From contig VHBA01000002.1 in the NCBI GenBank assembly GCA_016872175.1, forward strand, positions 14,517-78,516: a stretch of DNA of 64,000 nucleotides, read 5' to 3'. Origin of the DNA: Sphingomonadales bacterium (lineage in GTDB: Bacteria; Bacteroidota; Bacteroidia; NS11-12g; UBA955). Within the stretch, counting starts at the first letter, position 1. The number at the start of each line of letters is the position of its first letter. Positions 1 through 9,885 of the stretch are shown here, piece by piece. The translations under genes were made by a program, and so were the position numbers. The notes beneath the pieces were generated by a model. That model saw only the letters and a list, made by a program, of their open reading frames with translations. It was not told where the DNA came from and searched no databases.

Positions 1-1
1 G

Positions 2-421
2 GCCACTGCTATGCAATACAATGGTATGACTGCCGCTGAGGTAAGAAATACACTTTTATCCGGTACATTGCCCGATACAATTACAGGATATGGCATTCCC
101 GATTTTTCGTCTTCCCAATGGAAGCCTGTAAAACCCAATATCAAAAGCCATGAAGCCACCGATCCGCGATTCTCAAACTGGGTAACTGCGGATACCTTGT
201 ATCTTCCTTTCGTGATTGGCACAAAGTATTCACCGGAAAAACAATGGACCTACAAACTGAGCTGCGACTGTGGTAAAGTATGGCAAAATGCCCCGTTGGA
301 AAAGATTACGGGTAACTGGTATGGCACAATCATTGCACCTCCTGTAACAGGGCTGCACTTTCTGGAGGTTACCGATGGAAAAACAGTCTTTAAAGAGAGT
401 TTTTATTATTACAAACCATGA
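2..421 (+). CDS. C-terminal part of a probable S8 (subtilisin-like) peptidase, truncated by the window edge
   Basis: Frame is open from base 2. ATAMQYNGMTAAEVRNTLL...GYGIPDF resembles the C-terminal end of the S8 catalytic domain. The catalytic residues lie outside the window. Confidence 0.5.
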   Translation, partial: ATAMQYNGMTAAEVRNTLLSGTLPDTITGYGIPDFSSSQWKPVKPNIKSHEATDPRFSNWVTADTLYLPFVIGTKYSPEKQWTYKLSCDCGKVWQNAPLEKITGNWYGTIIAPPVTGLHFLEVTDGKTVFKESFYYYKP

Positions 422-936
422 AAAACCTAAAAAAATCTGCCCTGATGTTCATGTTGTTGCCTTTGGCACTCATGGCTCAGCCCATTGTTTCCAAATCCCG
501 CCACATGCGCATTGATAATGCGGAAGTTTCTTTGCATTACCCGGGCATCCAGGGCGCGCCCATCATGAGAACGTACACTATAACCGTTGTTTTGAAAAAG
601 GAAATGAAAACCCTGCCTGATTCTATTTTCGTGGATGGATTCGCTGAAAAGCTAATATTACAAGCAGGTCCCGGGAACAGCAATCCAATTGATTTGAGTG
701 CAAACAAGACTATTTCTTTATGGTTCAAAAAAGGCAGCAGGCTTACATTTACCGCCAATGTAAGTATAAATACCGCAGAAAATGCGGAGAATAATATTGC
801 GTATTCACCAAAGTCAGCGCTGACAGGGGACGGTGTCTGTGTAGTTAGATTTTATACAAATAAGAATGGCAAAAAAGAGCCTGTTTACCTGCAGGCTAAA
901 ACCCTGAAAAAAGGGACTGAAGTATTTGCCCCGTAA
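418..936 (+). CDS. Hypothetical exported protein
   Basis: 172-aa ORF with a signal-peptide-like N-terminus (MKNLKKSALMFMLLPLALMAQ) and an ATGA overlap with the upstream gene. Confidence 0.7.
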   Translation: MKNLKKSALMFMLLPLALMAQPIVSKSRHMRIDNAEVSLHYPGIQGAPIMRTYTITVVLKKEMKTLPDSIFVDGFAEKLILQAGPGNSNPIDLSANKTISLWFKKGSRLTFTANVSINTAENAENNIAYSPKSALTGDGVCVVRFYTNKNGKKEPVYLQAKTLKKGTEVFAP

Positions 937-942
937 GAGAAA

Positions 943-1473
943 TTATTTCTTCACGTACTGGGTAAGTATCACGATTTGCTGCCCTTCTACCTTACCCTCA
1001 ATCTGACCGGGATTATCCTCTACAAGCCGTATGTTTTTTACCGAAGTGCCCTGTTTGGCGGTGAATCCGCCACCCTTAACATCCAGGTCTTTAATTAACG
1101 CAACAGAATCACCGTTCAACAAGATATTTCCATTGCTATCCTTGCGCAGGGTTGCTGTTTTGCTCATTTCTTCAAGCCAGATATTGTCTGTCAGGTCGCG
1201 GCTCCATTCGGTATCGGTTTTCTTTAAAATGTGCATGTACAATACCTTTATGGCCGGAACCGCGCTCCAGATGGCGGTTCCCAAACAACACCAGTAATTG
1301 CTGTCAGCAGCGTCAAGATTTAGTAGGTTAGCATGTCAGTTTTCGCATAGCAAAACACATTCAGAAGGTTCTGTGCCCTGTTTAGGCGGAACCGTATAAC
1401 ATTCAAAGTGGCTGGAAGAGCTTTCACACAGTTCGCAAAGATTATTTTAGCGGTTTTTTAGGTTATCAATCAT
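943..1473 (-). pseudogene. phnA: PhnA/YjdM-family zinc-ribbon protein interrupted by two in-frame stops (TAA at 1447-1449, TGA at 1336-1338)
   Basis: The C-terminus KDSNGNILLNGDSVALIKDLDVKG...KNIRLV is a PhnA domain. The same frame extends to an ATG at 1473 (MIDNLKNR*NNLCELC...CEN*H), 3 nt after the rlmI stop. Confidence 0.8.
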
Positions 1474-1476
1474 GAT

Positions 1477-2646
1477 TTAATCTTCGATGTAAAGTACCAG
1501 GCCTTTTAGGTAATGTCCTTCCGGGTGAAACAAATTCACCGGATGATCCGGCCCTTGACCCAGTCGGTGCAGAATTCGGGCATTGCGCCCTGCTTCAATA
1601 CCTGCGGCAGTAACAGTATTGGCAAACAACGTATCATCAATCACCTGACTGCAGGAAAAAGTAAAAAGCAATCCGCCGGGTTTCACGGTTTGAATACCCA
1701 GTTGGTTTAGGCGTTTGTAGCCCATTACAGCCTGGTGTTTTTTAGACAGATTTTTGGCGAATGCCGGCGGATCAAGTACTACAATGTCATAGGCTTGCTT
1801 GTTATCTTTCAGGTATTGGGGCACATCTGCAGCCACGGTGGTGTGTGTTTTTTCAAACCCGTTCAGCAAGGCGTTTGCAGCGGCAAGCGCAACGGCTTTT
1901 TCCGAGATATCCACGCTGCAAACCTCAGTAGCTCCGGCTTTCAGTGCGTATACCGAAAAACCGCCTGTATAGCAAAAGGTATTAAGGACAGATTTGCCCG
2001 CGCTGTATTGTGCCAGCAGCTGTCTGTTTTCCCGCTGATCTAGGAAAAACCCGGTTTTTTGACCTGCCACCCAGTTTACCTTGAATGAAATGCCGTTCTC
2101 CAGTGCTATGATTTCCGGGGTTTCTCCTTTCAGGAAAGAATCATCGGCATTGGGGTCGTGCATGGAAGCGCGGCTTTTGGCGTAAATAGTATTCAATGAA
2201 CCCTGGTAAACGTCATCCAGCGCTGCTGCAATTTCTTTCTGGGCATGGTACATACCATGGCTGTGCGATTGAATTACCGCGCAATCGGCATATATATCGA
2301 TGATAAGTCCGGGAAGTCCGTCGCCTTCACCGTGAATCAGTCTGTAGGCATTGGTTTTGGAGAAATCGCCAAACAATTTTTTGCGGATATCAAAACATGA
2401 TTGTAGTCTGTTTTTCCAGAAAGTATCATTTGGCGTTTCTTGTATGCGGCTGAGAACCCTGACCAGAATAGAGCCGTTTCCCACATGACCTGATGCCAGG
2501 TATTGCCCTTTAAAATCGGACACTTCAGCCCAGTCGCCGGGATTGATATCATCGGCCTGCTGCACAGCACCACTAAAAATCCACGGGTGCCCGCGAAGAA
2601 CGGAAGTTTCCTTCCCCCGCTTCAGTATAATCTTTTTAGTTTTCAG
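1477..2646 (-). CDS. rlmI: RlmI-family class I SAM-dependent 23S rRNA methyltransferase
   Basis: Motifs GHPWIFSGAV, LIHGEGDGLPG, GQKTGFFLDQRENR and VLDPPAFAK. Start is probably CTG at 2646; the ORF track extends it to 2685. Confidence 0.9.
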   Translation of the reverse strand: MKTKKIILKRGKETSVLRGHPWIFSGAVQQADDINPGDWAEVSDFKGQYLASGHVGNGSILVRVLSRIQETPNDTFWKNRLQSCFDIRKKLFGDFSKTNAYRLIHGEGDGLPGLIIDIYADCAVIQSHSHGMYHAQKEIAAALDDVYQGSLNTIYAKSRASMHDPNADDSFLKGETPEIIALENGISFKVNWVAGQKTGFFLDQRENRQLLAQYSAGKSVLNTFCYTGGFSVYALKAGATEVCSVDISEKAVALAAANALLNGFEKTHTTVAADVPQYLKDNKQAYDIVVLDPPAFAKNLSKKHQAVMGYKRLNQLGIQTVKPGGLLFTFSCSQVIDDTLFANTVTAAGIEAGRNARILHRLGQGPDHPVNLFHPEGHYLKGLVLYIED

Positions 2647-2687
2647 TGCTGCAAAATTCAGGGAATTCACAGAACTTTGAACCATTC

Positions 2688-3785
2688 ATGAAATTGTTTG
2701 AAATTATAGAGGCCATCGAACATGTTGCACCTCCTGCCTTACAGGAAGATTACGACAACAGCGGATTGTTGGTTGGTTCGCCGCAGGCAGAAATAAAAAA
2801 AGCTTTGCTAACGCTTGATACAACCGAAGCAGTGGTTGAAGAAGCCATTGCCGAAGGCTGTGATCTGATTATTTCCCATCATCCTATCGTTTTTAACGGA
2901 TTGAAACGTCTGAATGGTAGTAATTACGTGGAACGCGTGGTCATGTCGACTATTAAAAACAATATTGCTATTTATGCCTGTCACACCAATCTGGATAATG
3001 TTTTAAGGCAGGGTGTGAATATTAAAATCGCTTCAAAGCTTGGACTTCAGGAAACCCGCATACTGAAACCGATGCAAAGCGCACTGATAAAAATGACGGT
3101 TTTTACGCCACATACCCATGCCGATGCTGTGCGTGAGGCCTTATTTGCCGGTGGGGCAGGCAATGTAGGGAATTACGATGAATGCAGCTTTAACATTGAA
3201 GGTAAAGGCACATTCCGTGGCAGTGAAAATACGAATCCTGTTATTGGAACCCGCGGTGAAAGGACCACTTTGGATGAGCAGCGGATTGAAGTTTTATTGC
3301 CCAAAAACAGATTTAATGAAGTCATGAAATCGCTCAGAGGTGCGCACCCGTATGAGGAAATTGCTTATTATGCTGTTCCGTTGGAAAATGCGTGGCAGGA
3401 TGCGGGCAGTGGCATGTTAGGTACATTGGAAAAACCCATACAGGGCGAATATTTTCCTGTCTATGTTAAAGAATGTCTTAAGGCAGATGTGGTAAGGTTT
3501 ACACGTCCTGTTGAATGGGTAAAAAAAGTGGCAATTTGTGGCGGCAGTGGAGCCTTTTTAATTAAAAATGCGTTGCAGTCAGGAGCAGATGCCTACATCA
3601 CAGGCGATGTTAAATACCATGAATTTTTTGATGCTGAAAGCCGCATGATGATTTGCGATCCGGGGCATTATGAAACTGAACAATTCACCGTAGAGCTTTT
3701 CGCTGAGATTTTATCAGAAAAATTCCCTAATTTTGCAACCCGTTTTTCACATACATATACCAACCCCATACAATACCACTATTAA
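2688..3785 (+). CDS. Nif3-like dinuclear metal center hexameric protein (with central PII-like insert)
   Basis: Motifs QEDYDNSGL, IISHHPIVF, HTNLD, GAGNVGNYDECSF, HPYEE and GHYETE. Confidence 0.92.
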   Translation: MKLFEIIEAIEHVAPPALQEDYDNSGLLVGSPQAEIKKALLTLDTTEAVVEEAIAEGCDLIISHHPIVFNGLKRLNGSNYVERVVMSTIKNNIAIYACHTNLDNVLRQGVNIKIASKLGLQETRILKPMQSALIKMTVFTPHTHADAVREALFAGGAGNVGNYDECSFNIEGKGTFRGSENTNPVIGTRGERTTLDEQRIEVLLPKNRFNEVMKSLRGAHPYEEIAYYAVPLENAWQDAGSGMLGTLEKPIQGEYFPVYVKECLKADVVRFTRPVEWVKKVAICGGSGAFLIKNALQSGADAYITGDVKYHEFFDAESRMMICDPGHYETEQFTVELFAEILSEKFPNFATRFSHTYTNPIQYHY

Positions 3786-3788
3786 ACG

Positions 3789-4589
3789 ATGGAAATCAGC
3801 ATTCAAAAGAAACTCACCGATCTCTGGAATCTTCAAAAGATTGACACCCACCTGGACAAGCTACGTTCATTGCTGGGTGAACTTCCCATGGAAGTTGCCG
3901 ACCTGGAAGACAGCATTGTAGGTCTTGAAACCCGTGTTAAGCATATTGAAGAGGAAATTGCCGGTGTGGATGGTGAAATTTCTGATAAAAGAAACAGCAT
4001 CAAGGATTTTAACCGCAACATTGAGAAGTACGACGAGCAGCTGAATAATATCAAAAACAGCCGCGAATTCGAAGCCATCGAAAAGGAAAAGGAAATAGCC
4101 GGTTTGGAAATTCTGCAGGCTGAAAAGAAAATTCGTGAGCTCGGTAAACTGCTGGATATCAAGAAAGAGTTGTTGGATAAAACTTCAGAAGATCTGGAGA
4201 ACCGCCGCAAAGATCTTGAGTTTAAGCAAAGCGAACTGGCTGAAATTGAAAAGGAAAATGAAGAGGAAATACAGAAGCACAATGCAGACCGCGAAAAAGC
4301 GGAGTCTTCATTGGATGATCGCCTGAAAAGAGCCTACAACCGCATTCGTGAAAATATGAGAAATGGCATTGCTGTAGCTCCTATTCTCCGCGGAAGTTGC
4401 GGTGGTTGTTTCTCGAAAATACCTCCTCAGCGTCACAGCGATATTCGTGCACACATTCGCATTATTGACTGCGAACACTGCGGACGTCTGCTGGTTGACC
4501 AGAGTATTACCGGACTTGAGGCTGTTTCGGAAGTGAAGGAAGAAAAAACCACACGCCGTAAAATTCGCCTGACTACAAAGGCAGAATAA
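3789..4589 (+). CDS. C4-type zinc ribbon / coiled-coil protein (DUF164-like)
   Basis: Long coiled coil followed by CGGC...CEHCGRLL; the usual partner downstream of nif3. Confidence 0.88.
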   Translation: MEISIQKKLTDLWNLQKIDTHLDKLRSLLGELPMEVADLEDSIVGLETRVKHIEEEIAGVDGEISDKRNSIKDFNRNIEKYDEQLNNIKNSREFEAIEKEKEIAGLEILQAEKKIRELGKLLDIKKELLDKTSEDLENRRKDLEFKQSELAEIEKENEEEIQKHNADREKAESSLDDRLKRAYNRIRENMRNGIAVAPILRGSCGGCFSKIPPQRHSDIRAHIRIIDCEHCGRLLVDQSITGLEAVSEVKEEKTTRRKIRLTTKAE

Positions 4590-4613
4590 AAATTATCAAA
4601 AAACAACAATAAA

Positions 4614-4644
4614 AGCCGATTCTTTTGGGTCGGCTCTATTTTTT
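4614..4644. terminator. Intrinsic terminator between convergent genes
   Basis: Hairpin AGCCGATTC-TTTT-GGGTCGGCT flanked by A and T tracts. Confidence 0.65.
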
Positions 4645-5295
4645 ATCGAGTACAAAGGTTAGATCCGGCATAACCTGCAGTATTTTTTCGCGACTTAGGC
4701 CCGTTACATTTACAAAGTAAACGGTTTGGTTTTTTATTTCGCATTGACCGCCCAGCCATGAAACATCAACTACATCGCCACCCTGTGCGTCCTTACGGTA
4801 ACTGCGCACCGGCATCAGGCAATACCATGCTGCGGCAAATCCATTGTCGTCCGTGGCGGGTGCAATGCGCTGAATGGGGCCAGCCAGTATTTTTTCATAA
4901 GCCGGTCTTCCTTCATCACTCATTTTCATGCGTTCTATATATGCCTCCCTGCTTTTATAAAATTGAATGATGGACTGTGGGGTAAATGCAGACAGTTCAA
5001 AATAATCTTTATCTTTTTCTGCTTTGCACATGCGGTTAGCGGCGAGCTGAAAGGTGCGCGAAAAACGCAGGCTATCTTTCCCGGTTTCGTCTTTATTAAC
5101 GGTGTCTTTCAGGGATGGTACAGGAATAGAATCGAGCGTTTTTAGCGCGACAGGGTCATTTTGAATTAAGGGTAGTATGAGTGCCAGTGAATCTGCCTTT
5201 TGCTGGTTAAATCCGTCTTCAGTTTTTTCTTTTTTACCCGATTGGCAGGCGGCAAAGAAAGTGATGAACAGCAAAAAGATTCCGTAATATTTCAT
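4636..5295 (-). CDS. Hypothetical lipoprotein
   Basis: MKYYGIFLLFITFFAAC lipobox-like N-terminus (ATG at 5295). Confidence 0.7.
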   Translation of the reverse strand: MKYYGIFLLFITFFAACQSGKKEKTEDGFNQQKADSLALILPLIQNDPVALKTLDSIPVPSLKDTVNKDETGKDSLRFSRTFQLAANRMCKAEKDKDYFELSAFTPQSIIQFYKSREAYIERMKMSDEGRPAYEKILAGPIQRIAPATDDNGFAAAWYCLMPVRSYRKDAQGGDVVDVSWLGGQCEIKNQTVYFVNVTGLSREKILQVMPDLTFVLDKK

Positions 5296-5346
5296 GCGTT
5301 TTACCAAAACGAATTTATGTCTCATTTTCTTGCGAATATAAAGAAG

Positions 5347-5371
5347 AAAGGCCGGCACATGGCCGACCTTT
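5347..5371 (-). terminator. Intrinsic terminator of dnaK
   Basis: Minus-strand 10-bp stem AAAGGTCGGC/GCCGGCCTTT with one G-U pair, followed by a T-rich tract, about 25 nt after the dnaK stop. Confidence 0.75.
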
Positions 5372-5885
5372 CCAACACAAACAATATGAAAAACTTATTT
5401 TACCTCTTCGAAATCTACGTCCTCTACCTTGCCGTCGTTTTCGCTTTTGCCTGCGCCTTCGGTTCCTGTGGTTTCGCCGGCCTGGTTGGCAGCGTTATAC
5501 ATGTCCTGGCTGGCAGCTTCCCAGGCCTTGCTTAGCTCGGCAGTGGCAGTTTCAATGGCAGCAAAATCCTTTGCTTCATGCGCTTTCTTTAATGTTTCGA
5601 GGGCGCTTTCTATGGCAGTTTTCTTTTCCGCAGGAATTTTATCTCCGTATTCCTTTAGTTGTTTTTCAGTGCTGAAAATGAGAGAATCCGCGGCGTTCAA
5701 TTTGTCTACTTCTTCACGGCGCTTGTTGTCGGCTTCAGCATTTTCCTGGGCTTCCTGCTTCATCTTCTCAATGTCTTCTTTACTCAAACCACTGCTGGCT
5801 TCAATGCGGATTTTCTGTTCTTTGCCGGTGGCTTTGTCTTTGGCGCTCACGCTCAAAATGCCATTGGCATCGATATCGAAGGTTA

Positions 5886-6447
<562 letters not shown>

Positions 6448-7456
6448 ATCAGAAGGCTTCATTCCGGAGTCGGAAAGGGCCTTTTCGCAGGGCTCCAGGG
6501 TTCGCTGAATAAGGCTTGAGGCCAATTGTTCGAACTTGCTGCGGGTGAGCTTGCGCACCAAGTGAGCTGGAACACCATCAATGGCGGTTATGTAAGGCAG
6601 ATTGATATCAGTTTCAGTGCTGCTTGACAGCTCGATTTTTGCTTTTTCAGCCGCTTCTTTCAGGCGCTGCAGGGCCATTGGATCCTTGCGCAGGTCCATG
6701 TTTTGCTCTGATTTGAATTCTTCGGCCAGCCAGTCAATTATTACCTGGTCAAAGTCATCACCGCCCAGGTGGGTATCACCATTGGTGCTTTTAACTTCAA
6801 ATACACCATCACCAAGTTCAAGTACGCTGATATCAAAGGTTCCGCCGCCAAGGTCATACACGGCAATTTTTAAATCCTGACCTTTTTTATCCATGCCATA
6901 AGCCAATGCTGCGGCAGTAGGTTCGTTTATTATACGCTCTACTTTAAGGCCTGCAATTTCGCCGGCTTCTTTGGTGGCTTGTCTTTGAGCGTCATCAAAG
7001 TAAGCAGGAACTGTAATAACGGCGCGGGTTACTTCCTGACCAAGGAAATCTTCGGCAGTTTTCTTCATTTTTTGAAGTGTCATGGCGCTGATTTCCTGCG
7101 GTGTGTAGGTGCGGTCACCAATTTTAACGCGGGGCGTGTCATTGTCGCCTTTCACTACTTCATAACTTACACGGCCTGTCTCTGTCTGTACATTGGAAAA
7201 TTTCTCACCCATGAAACGCTTTATGGATGAAATGGTGTGTCTGGGATTGGTGATAGCCTGTCGTTTTGCAGGGTCACCTACTTTTCTTTCACCGTTGCCA
7301 CCGTCCAGAAAGGCAACAATCGATGGAGTGGTGCGACGGCCTTCGCTGTTGGCTATTACTACTGGCTCGTTTCCCTCCAATACGGCAACACAACTGTTGG
7401 TGGTGCCTAAATCAATACCTATAATTTTACTCATGATTTCAGTTTAGCCTTATATG

Positions 7457-7472
7457 GCAACAAAAATGCCAA
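7457..7472 (-). promoter_or_regulatory. Putative sigma54 (-24/-12) promoter of dnaK
   Basis: Minus strand reads TTGGCATTTTTGTTGC, i.e. GG-N10-GC, ending 22 nt before the dnaK ATG. Confidence 0.6.
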
Positions 7473-7519
7473 GGCCTGAAATGGCTGTAGAATATGACGA
7501 AATGGCAGTTTGGCTGAAT

Positions 7520-8527
7520 TTATGGCAGGATGTTCAGCGGTTTGGTTTCGCTGTTGTTGCGCATAAACAGAATAGAGCCACCGTCGAATTTCACCTTGTC
7601 AATACGTTGAATACAGCGACTGGCAAAAAGTCCGATTCCTCCCTGAATGTTGCTAAATTCTGCCTGTTTCTGCACAATTCCGATTGAGGGTTCGTTGACG
7701 GAAATATAATCGAGCAGTAACTGGTTTCCTCCAAAAACCCGCATACCCACGTATTTCATGCGGTGATAAAGTCCGGGGTCTGCAGTTATAGTGTTGCGTA
7801 AAAACTGTAACAGTGCCAAACGTGGAATTTTGTAAAGCATGTTGCTGCTTCCTAGCGCAGATGCATTGGTAAGCATATTCCAGGTGGCTACCTTGGTGAT
7901 TTTTTTAAAGGTATCGTTCACCGGAAATTCATCGTACGTGATATCCAGTTTAATGTCGTAGGCAAAACTGTTTTGCCCGGCTTTGAGGCTGATGGTAAGG
8001 TATTCCGGTGTTACGGCAAAATTGCTGGTAGAATCGCGAAATGGTGAAAGGATGTTGGATAACCCAACCAGGTTGGTTTCAGCCCTTACTGTGTTGCCTG
8101 TTTTAGGACTTAAAACTTCCAAAATATATCGCTTGGCGGGATCCAATGCCCTGGCACCGGTAGTGCTTAGTTTATACAATGGATTGATATCATTGGCAAA
8201 CAATCCGGAATCTTTGGCGATGTTCCAAACCCGTGTGAGTTTGTCAGAAAAAGAATTGTCAGACGAACGCAGCTTCACTACAGCTGAATCCAGGTAAAGA
8301 GAGTCGCTGATTTTGGCGACCTGAAGCGCCCCGGTTTTTTCATTCAGAAAAGCCTTTGAAACCCGGATGTACTGCACGCTGTCATTCGCATTGAGCATGC
8401 CGTACACAACAATGGTTTCTTTCCAGTTGGCATTGATATCCAGCTCGTTTTTACATGAAAAAAGCAGTGTAAATACCGCAAATAATGCGGAGATTAAAAT
8501 TCGGTATACGGGTGTCAGTTTTTTCAC
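7520..8527 (-). CDS. DUF4249-like outer-membrane lipoprotein
   Basis: Lipobox LLFSC, then ELDINANWKETIVVYGML...QYIRVSKAFL, and SNIQGGIGLF near the C-terminus. Confidence 0.7.
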   Translation of the reverse strand: MKKLTPVYRILISALFAVFTLLFSCKNELDINANWKETIVVYGMLNANDSVQYIRVSKAFLNEKTGALQVAKISDSLYLDSAVVKLRSSDNSFSDKLTRVWNIAKDSGLFANDINPLYKLSTTGARALDPAKRYILEVLSPKTGNTVRAETNLVGLSNILSPFRDSTSNFAVTPEYLTISLKAGQNSFAYDIKLDITYDEFPVNDTFKKITKVATWNMLTNASALGSSNMLYKIPRLALLQFLRNTITADPGLYHRMKYVGMRVFGGNQLLLDYISVNEPSIGIVQKQAEFSNIQGGIGLFASRCIQRIDKVKFDGGSILFMRNNSETKPLNILP

Positions 8528-8580
8528 AACGATGCTGAAGTCAGCTTTTTTGGTCTAACTTTGCTTTTGCTCCTGCAAAG

Positions 8581-9882
8581 ATGAGGAAAATATTCGGCCT
8601 TTTTTGCCTGCTCTGCTATTTTTACCCTGCCCATACACAGCAGGTTACCAAAGATTTTATGAAGCTCTTGTGGGAAGACGATTTTCAGAAGCTTGACAAC
8701 ACATGGGCGCAACAATCAACAGCAGATAATTTTTTTATAGGATCTTCCGAGGGCTTTGAAGTTTGGCGTAAAAGTAAGCGCACCGGTTTTTTTATTTTTC
8801 CGCTGAAAGTACAGGAATTCAGGGTGTTTGATGCGTCATTGCAGTTTGTGTTTGATGGTAAAGGAGGCGCTGAAAATTCTGCCGGTTTGGTTTTGCAGGC
8901 GCAGCCTGATGGAGCGGGTGCTGTAATAGTGGAGGTAAACCGCAAAAAGCAATACAGAGTGCGAAGGGCGGCCTCCCACAGAATAATGCCCCAGTCCGAC
9001 CCTAATGGTGGCTGGCGCAAGCCCAACAAGAAAATTAAGGGTGGTGCTATTACGTTGTCGGTAAAAACCAACGATAAGGTTTATGATGTGTACATTAACG
9101 GTGTTTACGTTCATTCATTCACTGAAATAGAATATTCCAAAGGATGGATTGGACTTTTTGTGGGTCCGGAAACCAAAGTCATCTATAAGAAGATTGCTGT
9201 GAAAATAGACGATGAAGCTTCTTCTATTCCTGGTGCGGCAACGGCTTATCCTGATGATCGAAAATCGCTCAGCCTTGCTATAGTGAGGCTTAAAGAGGTA
9301 ATTCAAAAAAAGGATTTGCGCATAGCAGAACTTGAAAGTCAGCTTAAAGATCAGACAACCACTAATTATAAGGCAGACAGTGTGCTGTTAAAACAGTCGC
9401 AGGAAGCGGTGGCCAGGGTAGATGAGCTGGAAATTGAAATCGAAAAAGCCAATTCTGACAAACTTGCCCTTGAAAAAGAACTCCTAAAACTGCAGCAATT
9501 CAAAAATGCCGCTGCCGGTTCTGATGGTGGTAATGTGGCCGATAATCTAATAAACATTAACGAAGAACTTCGCTTAGAACTCCAAAAAGCAAAAAAAGCC
9601 AATGAGGAACTGGAGGCAGCATTGTTGAAGCAACAAGCACAAGTAGCTGAATGGATTAATAAGATTAATAAGCTGGAAAATTCTGCAGATGAAAACAAAA
9701 CAACTATTCAATATCAGCGCTCACAATTGATGCAGAAAGACAGTGTTATTCGCCAGCAGCAAAAAACAATCCAATCACTTGAAAAGGCAGCCAGAGAGGC
9801 CGACAAGGATAAGAAAAAGTCTTCTGATCCTGCTATAAAAGATAAAGAAATTAAAAAAGAAGCCCTGTTTGACGAAAACTAA
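8581..9882 (+). CDS. Hypothetical exported protein: beta-sandwich (lectin/DUF1080-like) N-domain plus long coiled coil
   Basis: Signal-like N-terminus, WEDDF...beta-rich region of about 210 aa, then a heptad-rich C-terminal half. Confidence 0.7.
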   Translation: MRKIFGLFCLLCYFYPAHTQQVTKDFMKLLWEDDFQKLDNTWAQQSTADNFFIGSSEGFEVWRKSKRTGFFIFPLKVQEFRVFDASLQFVFDGKGGAENSAGLVLQAQPDGAGAVIVEVNRKKQYRVRRAASHRIMPQSDPNGGWRKPNKKIKGGAITLSVKTNDKVYDVYINGVYVHSFTEIEYSKGWIGLFVGPETKVIYKKIAVKIDDEASSIPGAATAYPDDRKSLSLAIVRLKEVIQKKDLRIAELESQLKDQTTTNYKADSVLLKQSQEAVARVDELEIEIEKANSDKLALEKELLKLQQFKNAAAGSDGGNVADNLININEELRLELQKAKKANEELEAALLKQQAQVAEWINKINKLENSADENKTTIQYQRSQLMQKDSVIRQQQKTIQSLEKAAREADKDKKKSSDPAIKDKEIKKEALFDEN

Positions 9883-9885
9883 ACC

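Noticed and set aside
1336-1338. TGA at a CxxC position of PhnA read as selenocysteine (CxxU)
   Set aside because: An upstream in-frame TAA already breaks the gene, no SECIS-like hairpin is evident, and the motif is a structural zinc ribbon.
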